Source: Vicugna vicugna (Eukaryota). Taken from it: a stretch of 64,000 nucleotides of DNA. This document shows positions 56,880-64,000 of this stretch, piece by piece. The stretch is taken from contig MU058366.1 of NCBI GenBank assembly GCA_013265495.1, positions 62,001-126,000 on the forward strand, read 5' to 3'. Made by a program: the position numbers and the translations under genes. The first letter of the stretch is position 1; every line of letters begins with the position of its first letter. Below the pieces are notes generated by a model. The model ran no database searches. It was not told the DNA's origin and saw only the letters and a program-made list of their open reading frames with translations.

Positions 56880-57988
56880 AAGCTCATTTTTATATATTGG
56901 CCTTATTTCTTCAGATAATGCTTGGAGAAATTTACCATTGAAGCTGTCAGAACCTGTGTGTGTGTTTGGGGCAGGAGAGGTTGATTTTCAGTAACAGGTT
57001 CAAGTTCTTTCATAGATACATGAATGTTCGTATTTTCAATTTCTTGTTGTTTCATTTTTGGTAAATTGTGTTTTTCAAGGGATTAATGAAACATATTGGT
57101 GTGAAACTGTTTATCATATCTTTTTATAACCTTTTAAACATCTCTAGTGTATCTCCTGATCTGTAATGGGAAATTGTGTCTTTTCTAGTTTGAAAATCAG
57201 CCTTGCTAAGGCTCTTAATTTCATGAATCTTCAAAGAACCAGTGTCACCTTTGTTGATCCTTTCAACTCTGTTTTCTATTTCATTGCTTTCTGCTCTTTA
57301 TTATTCCTTTATTTCTTTGGGTTGGATTTGTACCCGTAATCTTCCTATCAGAGGTAACTGGTGTTAAATTGTGATATAACTTCTTCCAATTTTTTTCTAT
57401 CTGTAAACACATTTTTTTTATTTCAAGCATACAGGGTATTGTTTTTATTTAATGATATTCTCATTTAATATTGTATCAGCAGCATTTTCCAAGGACATTA
57501 AATATTCTTATACAAATTGGTTTTTATAGTTGCATGGTAATATATTCAGTAGGTAACCATACCTAACTAATGCCCCATTCTTGGAAAATTAGATTGTTTC
57601 CAATATTTCACTTTTATGGATAATGCTATGGTCAAGACATTTATCCATGTATTGTAACTGACAACTTCTGCGTAGAAATAGATTGTGGAGTCAACAGATA
57701 TCAACATTTCAAGACTTCAGGCACATTCATGTTGTTTGTTTATGGTATTTGTGAAAAGATTTCTCAGTAAACACATGCATTTCAGATGGTAGCTGCTTTG
57801 TGCTCCAAACCTGACAGCTCAGACCCAATAACCACAAATGTGCTGACCCAGAAAGGCACTTCAGGGCTGCCCCCTCTGCAGTCACTTGTCTCTCCGCCTT
57901 TAGTCAGTCGGTCCAGAGCCTGCTTATTTACAGCAGAACTTTCTACTTAGCGTTTCTCTTGAAGTTGCTGCTGCAGTCCCCCGCCTTC

Positions 57989-58112
57989 CTTTTTAAAATT
58001 TTATTTATTTATTTATTTTTAATTTAATTGTTACTTTGTGGGGGGGATAGATTTATTTATTTTTTAACAGAGGTCCTGGGGATTGAACCCAGGACGTCAG
58101 GCTGTCCTCCAC
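57989..58112 (-). mobile_element. Internally deleted Vic-1-like SINE abutting the MPP1 exon 6 acceptor
   Basis: TSD cccccgccttc at 57978-57988 and 58113-58123. Confidence 0.8.
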
Positions 58113-58131
58113 CCCCCGCCTTCTCTTGCAG

Positions 58132-58328
58132 ATGTTCATGAGAGCACAGTTTGACTATGATCCCAAAAAGGACAGTTTGATCCCTTGCAAGGAGGCGGGA
58201 CTGAAGTTTGTTACTGGTGACATCATTCAGATCATCAACAAGGATGACAGTAACTGGTGGCAGGGACGGGTGGAGGGCTCCTCCAGGGGCTCAGCAGGGC
58301 TGATCCCGTCTCCCGAGCTGCAGGAATG
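58132..58328 (+). CDS. MPP1: MPP1 exon 6 (SH3)
   Basis: ttgcag|ATGTTC...ATG|gtgagc; [26 protein letters not shown]...[10 protein letters not shown]. Confidence 0.97.
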
Positions 58329-59564
58329 GTGAGCTGCCCAGGTCTGGGTGGAACTGGCGTGTGGATGGGGCCCCATGCCTGCACAAACAGTTGCTTCGCT
58401 CCAGAAATCTGTAATCTTATATCTAGTTTCTGTCTACCTGGCATCATGGAGGGGGTGGGCAACAAGGAGTTCAGAAGCTTGACTGGCAGGCACAGGTGCC
58501 GGAATAGCTCTTCGCTCATCTGCAGACCTCTGTTTCCCTGAAGGCTTTCCCTTTGGTTGTAGAGCAAGTGATCACGCTGGGACTGGAGCCCTCCCTCCCT
58601 GGTCTCCTGCCTCCCAGACTAGTGTCCTGGGAAGATATCTTCTGAGTCCTGCAGAAGACAGTCAGATTTTAAATATGTGTTCTTTATGCAAATTCCTGGC
58701 ATATATGAAAAGTAATCCATGTCCCCAACTCAGATTGCTCACTTAGGCCTAGGTTACACCAGGTGGCCCTCGGACAAGGTGGTCTCACAGCTAATGCTGG
58801 ACTGCCCTCTACCAAATAACCCCAGGGTAAAGATTATAACCTCAAGGGGTTTTTCACATAGCAGTATTGTAGTTTTAAGCCAGGATTCTGGGCCTCATCT
58901 TCAGGGGTGATCCAGTGCACAGGGAGTTTATAAACAGGAAGTGTTGTATAGAAATCAGCAAAGTAGGAGTATTAGAATCTATTTCATGTAGTAACAGAAG
59001 GTATTGTATTATGAAAGTGTTGCATGTGTGTAATACAGGCTTGCAGTGTACAGTATATTTCTCATAGTGAGGTGGGCTCATCAGAATTCAAAAACCACCG
59101 GACCAGAGAAAGTGAGTTGTTTCAGGGTTGTGTTTGGAATCTGCTGAGAAGCACACAGCAGTCACAGCCCACAGGGGACCAAGTCCCTTCTGAGGGCCAC
59201 TGCTCCAGACGCTGTTTTAGGCACTTTGAGGACATCCTTGCCTTGGACACATGAACCCTCATCACGTCCTCCCTCACCGCTCCAGCTGGGTCCTTCTCCC
59301 TCTGTCTAGGCCTTCCTTCTACACATAGAGACAGGCTGAGAGAAGAGGGGCCAGCGTCAAGAGAGACGGGGGCTCAGTACTGGCACAGGGAAGAGCATTG
59401 GCGTGAGTGAGGCAGGAGACGACAGAGAGTGGCTTACAAGAGGGACATGGAAAGAGACAGAGAAACAGGGAGACTCCGGGGGAGCAGCTGGTGGAGGGTC
59501 AGGGTGACCCTGGCGCTTTGACACTGAGTATCCCCCAACACCGTTGGTCATCTTGTCCTTCCAG

Positions 59565-59671
59565 GCGGGTGGCAAGTGTGGCTCGGTCCACCCCTAGCGA
59601 AGCTCCGAGCTGCAGTCCCTTCGGCAAGAAGAAGAAGTACAAAGACAAGTACCTGGCCAAGCACAGCTCAA
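59565..59671 (+). CDS. MPP1: MPP1 exon 7 (D5/HOOK, protein 4.1-binding)
   Basis: ttccag|GCGGGT...TCAA|gtaagc; [35 protein letters not shown]. Confidence 0.97.
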
Positions 59672-60085
59672 GTAAGCTGCCCAGGGCAGGTGGCGCAGGG
59701 GGCACCCAGCACGCAGAAGGCAGGCCACCTCCTCAGGGTTCCCTGGATCACATTAAGTGCGGTTGGTGAGACCGAGCCCGCACGTGCAAAGCGGGTAGCC
59801 AACTGCACAGCCTTCCGGACCTTTCTCAGTACATCAGTGCCATCAGCACTAGCAGCTGCCAGGCCTGAGCCACCCCAGAGGGCAGTGCGTTTCACTGAGA
59901 ATGAATTCTGGCCTCATTCTTGCCCTCCCATGGCAGGTGGGGTGGGGGGAGCATCCAAGAGCCGAAGAGAGCAGAGGGAAGAGGAGGGCATGGGGTCCAG
60001 AACATTCAAGTCCAAGAACTGTCCCTGGACTGGCCCACTGTTCCCAGCTTGAGAATCAGTGTCACTCGGCTCTCTTTGTCTCTAG

Positions 60086-60166
60086 TTTTTGACCAGTTGG
60101 ATGTTGTTTCCTACGAGGAAGTTGTCCGGCTCCCCGCGTTCAAGAGGAAGACCCTGGTGCTGATCG
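60086..60166 (+). CDS. MPP1: MPP1 exon 8
   Basis: tctag|TTTTTG...ATCG|gtacct; [27 protein letters not shown]. Confidence 0.97.
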
Positions 60167-60565
60167 GTACCTCTCACTGCCCCTCCGTGCTGCTTTGCCA
60201 GTTAGAGGATACCTCTGTTCTGAGTTTCCTTCCTTCCCTCAAAAAAAAAGGGGGGGGTCAGTTACAAGGAAAGAAAAAGAGAAATGAGGTGTCTTGGGTC
60301 CTCCATGTAGAGCAGACAGTGCCCCATCTGGGTTCACCTTACAGCTGAGAGCAAAGCCGATGAGTTTCTCAGCAACTGATTCTTTTAGGTCATCTGTCCA
60401 TCCGGCCGGCAGCAGGGATGTTCCAGTCCTGTGCTTTTTTTTTTAAAGTGCATATGGTAGAGAGCTTTGTCAGCACACTGTAGGGCCCTCAGAAGTGTTC
60501 TGAGCATTTGGAAATGGAATGAGTTGCTGTGTTCTCTCTCCAAGCCTTTCTTCCCTCCCTCCCAG

Positions 60566-60646
60566 GAGCCAGCGGGGTGGGCCGCAGCCACATTAAGAAC
60601 GCCCTGCTCAGCCAGAACCCAGAGAAGTTCGCATACCCTGCCCCGT
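60566..60646 (+). CDS. MPP1: MPP1 exon 9 (GUK)
   Basis: cccag|GAGCCA...CCGT|gtgagt; [27 protein letters not shown]. Confidence 0.97.
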
Positions 60647-61526
60647 GTGAGTAGCTGGTGGGGGAGGGGGTGCCACTCCCTGCCTGAGACACCCTAGTGG
60701 TCTTTCTGTTTGTGATTTTAATTAAAATGTTTGATTGTAAAAGCAAAACACAATTTGGAAAGAACCACATTTGTACCCACAATTACTCCAACTAACAAAA
60801 TAGCTATGTTGTTTGTCTACATAACAAGCGGTAGTAAACATTTTTATTCTTTTAAAAATTAAGCAAATAATACACTGTTAAAACTTCTATTACTTTTTTC
60901 ATTTTACTTTATACTATAAACATTTTTAATGTGCCTAAATCACTCTCAGTCCATTGAGTGGTGAAGGAAATTACATTTTCGTGAAATGTTTCCTAAATCA
61001 AAGCGGCAGCTGTTCTAGATCTGAGAAGAATCAGACCGGTGGTCAGGTGGGCGCTTCGATAACTTCCATTCCCAGAAGTGAATCCGTGTAGAAAACTGGA
61101 ATCAAAACCTGCTATTAGTATTTTTTTATTCATTGCTTCTCCGTTTTGCCTTCAGGGACACAGTGAGAACTGAAGTAGAAAAAACTACAGATGTTGGCAT
61201 GAGAAGTGAGTTAGAGAAAGAGGGTGAGAGGTGAGGATAACACAGGTCAAAGAGGAGTCGTTTTAAGTTGGAAAGAAAGAGCTGCGTGGGTAGTTGCGGA
61301 CTGAGGAGACAAGTGGACGGTGCAGAAGACGGGAGGCGATGTGTTCAATGAGATGGGACGCAGGGGAGGCTTGTTTCAGCTACAGTATCTGTAGCACAGT
61401 TTACCCACAGGACCATTTATATGAGTAGCAGTAACTGGTGTGACTTTGGAACATTTCAGCATTCATTAATACGAGCTTCAACCAAATCAAAGTACTCTTC
61501 TTTCCAAAGTATGAAAAGGAGACTTT

Positions 61527-61698
61527 TCTTTTTTAATTTTTTAATAATTTATTTTTTAAGCTTTTCTTTGGGGGGAGTAGTAATTAAGTTTATTTATGTA
61601 TTTATTTTTAATGGAGGTGCTACGGATTGAACCCAGGACCTCATGCAGGCTAAGTGTCTGCTCTACTGCTGAGCTAGATCCTTATATACCCTCCCCCC
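61527..61698 (-). mobile_element. Vic-1-like SINE
   Basis: TSD aaaag(g/c)agacttt. Confidence 0.85.
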
Positions 61699-61934
61699 AA
61701 AAGCAGACTTTAAATATACTTCCAAGAAATCCTGACTAGACCCTGTAGATCTGTCATGTCTTCATTTCTGACCCCCAGCGTCCCTGGGTCGGCTCTCAAA
61801 GGTTCAGTTCAGTGTGTTTTCAGTGGCCAGGGGATCTCCAGGTCTCCATCGTTGCCTGCACTCACCCGAAGGGTCCGAGGCCTGAGGGGATGGTGGGGAC
61901 CTCAGGTTGGTCAGGGGTTTGGGTTCTTGCGCAG

Positions 61935-62137
61935 ATACAAGCCGGCTGCCCAAGAAGAGTGAAGAGGACGGGAAGGAGTACCACTTCATCTCCACGGAGG
62001 AGATGACCAGGAGCATCTCTGCCAATGAGTTCTTGGAGTTTGGCAGCTACCATGGTAACATGTTTGGCACCAAATTTGAAACAGTGCAGCAGATTCACAA
62101 GCAGGACAAGATCGCCATCCTCGACATCGAGCCACAG
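61935..62137 (+). CDS. MPP1: MPP1 exon 10 (GUK)
   Basis: gcgcag|ATACAA...CAG|gtgtgt; [20 protein letters not shown]...ILDIEPQ. Confidence 0.97.
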
Positions 62138-62277
62138 GTGTGTGGGCGGGAAAGGAGGAGCTCTGGCTGGCTTCATGCTCGGCCCCTGGTGACCTGGAGT
62201 CGAGCACAGTGCCAGAAATGGTGACTGCTAACTCCAGTTTTCCCCTCCTTTCTTCCTTCCTCGGCTGCCTCTTCTAG

Positions 62278-62352
62278 ACCTTGAAGATTGTTCGGACGGC
62301 AGAACTTTCACCTTTCATCGTGTTTATCGCACCAACCGACCAGGGCCCCCAG
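62278..62352 (+). CDS. MPP1: MPP1 exon 11
   Basis: ttctag|ACCTTG...CAG|gtggga; [25 protein letters not shown]. Confidence 0.97.
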
Positions 62353-63766
62353 GTGGGAATGAAGGGGTTGTGCGGGGCGGGCGGGCTTCACACTCCAGGC
62401 CACGCAGACTGGGAGCCCGCGTCCCGTTCTGGGCCAGAGTGGTCACCGAAGCCTGGCTGCAGCTTGTGACCCAGTCTCCTGACAGCTCCCTGGCCCCTGC
62501 TGGCCTTCCTGCAAGGCCCAGAAGCCATGTTCAGGTCACTCAGCAGACAGTTGTTAAGCCACTAGCTAGGCCGGTGCCTGGGCTTGGTAGCAGGGACAAA
62601 GCAGGTCAGACACAGCCATTGTTTCAGAAGCACAGGTGCGCGAAGCAGGGGGAGCGGGAAGAGGCGACGCTGAACCCAGCACGCGGTGTGGCACGCCCTC
62701 CCCACCCCCCAGGCACTTGCTGTTGCACTGAGCAGTGGAGATGAGTCCGGAGCCGCACATGGAGGCCTTCTCAGTCCTTCTTAGTGGCTGCATGGGCCCC
62801 GAGGCACATACAGAGCAGAATTGCTTGGTTTCGTCATTCCCTTCTTGACGGCTACTGAGGTGGTGGAAAGCTGTTATCCAGCCCCATTTTAGGCCAGTGT
62901 AGTGGAGGGGAAATGGAACGTCACTGCACTGAAGTGGCTGAGTGCCTGTCAGACCGCTGAGGGCCGTTTGTATTACCTCTTCTGTGAACTGCCTAGTCAG
63001 GTCTTTGCCTTAGTTCTCTGTCAGTTTGCTCTTAATTTCTAGGAACTCTGTTAAGTAGCCATTTGTGGTATCAGTTACAAATTGTTTTCCACCAGTTTGG
63101 CCGGGTTAGTTGGAGACCCTCTGAGAACTGCACTAGTCTTAACTACTGCCTCTCCATGCCCTAGTGTTAACATCCTCCGATGAGGTCTTCTGGGTTTAAG
63201 GTTTCTGTGTCTGTGTTGTTCGTGTGGTATCGCTAATCCCAGCTGCTTCCATTGAGAGTAGAGTGTCAGGCACAGTACTGAAGCTTGAATTACACGGTTC
63301 ACCCCAGGTCGGAATGAGTAGGACTTGAACTCCTGTTTGGGTGACTCCTGAGGCCGGGTGTCTTTCCTCAGCATCAGCAACCAAACTAGCAAATCTCTGT
63401 GGCTTTTCCATCTGGGGCACTGGCTGAAAGAGAGCGCCCTTGCCCCCGGGCCACCTCCCTCCAGGTCCCCGGCCCCATGGCCCTGTTCCCATCAGCTCCC
63501 CACAGGCTGCAGACCTTTATCCGCTCAGGCCCTGTGCTCAGGGTCCCTGTGCTCAGGGTCGACCCCAGTTACCACCAGCTTAGCCCAGTGCCCCCAGCTC
63601 TGCCAGGCCTGGGGCAGTGGCTGAGGCCCGACCACCATTTTGCCCTGGGGTGTTAGGGTTTAAGGTTTGAAGCTGGTGATTCAAAGCCAGGCAGTAGTCA
63701 CGAGACTACTCCCCCTTCGTCTGTCCCGCTGTAGCTCCCATCCTCGGCTCTTCCTCCCCCTTGCAG

Positions 63767-63943
63767 ACCGAAGCCCTGCAGCAGCTGCAGAAGGACTCGG
63801 AGGCCATCCGCAGCCAGTATGCTCACTACTTCGACCTCTCACTAGTCAATAACGGCGTCGAGGAAACCCTTAAGAACCTGCAAGAAGCCTTCGACCAGGC
63901 ATGCAGCTCTCCACAGTGGGTGCCTGTCTCCTGGGTTTACTAA
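63767..63943 (+). CDS. MPP1: MPP1 exon 12 coding part (stop TAA)
   Basis: ttgcag|[18 protein letters not shown]...QWVPVSWVY*; the 12 exons sum to 1401 nt (466 aa plus stop). Confidence 0.98.
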   Translation, partial: TEALQQLQKDSEAIRSQYAHYFDLSLVNNGVEETLKNLQEAFDQACSSPQWVPVSWVY

Positions 63944-64000
63944 GCCTTCAGAGGGCGGAACTACCATCCAACCCTCCAGCTTTTGGACTTCCATTCCTCT

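Noticed and set aside
61935..61960. TTR-to-TSR change in the MPP1 guanylate kinase-like motif
   Set aside because: Still fits the T-[ST]-R family signature, and MAGUK GUK domains are not catalytic.

Overview
Mammalian genomic DNA, most likely a camelid X chromosome segment syntenic with human Xq28. The camelid assignment rests on 17 copies of a tRNA-derived SINE resembling camelid Vic-1. The window holds, in order: (1) the 3' end of coagulation factor VIII (F8, + strand, exons 22-26 plus 3'UTR). Its 12.7 kb intron 22 contains an int22h-like CpG-island cassette with two nested, intronless, antisense genes, F8A1 (HAP40, 376 aa) and the short histone variant H2A.B (116 aa). (2) SMIM9 (+, three coding exons, 102 aa). 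(3) The complete coding sequence of MPP1/p55 (+, 12 exons, 466 aa). All exons have GT-AG boundaries and splice in frame. The rest is repeats: L1, L2, ERVL/MaLR/ERV1 LTRs, DNA MITEs and SINEs. I see no convincing new gene system. The most unexplained structures are a complete switch in SINE orientation at the MPP1 promoter, a well-paired L2-derived inverted repeat in MPP1 intron 1, a SINE inserted in the MPP1 exon 6 polypyrimidine tract, an apparently disabled F8B first exon, a rearranged ORF1-only L1, and a T3-promoter-like string beside long G runs. Human sequence comparisons and repeat family names are from memory and were not searched.
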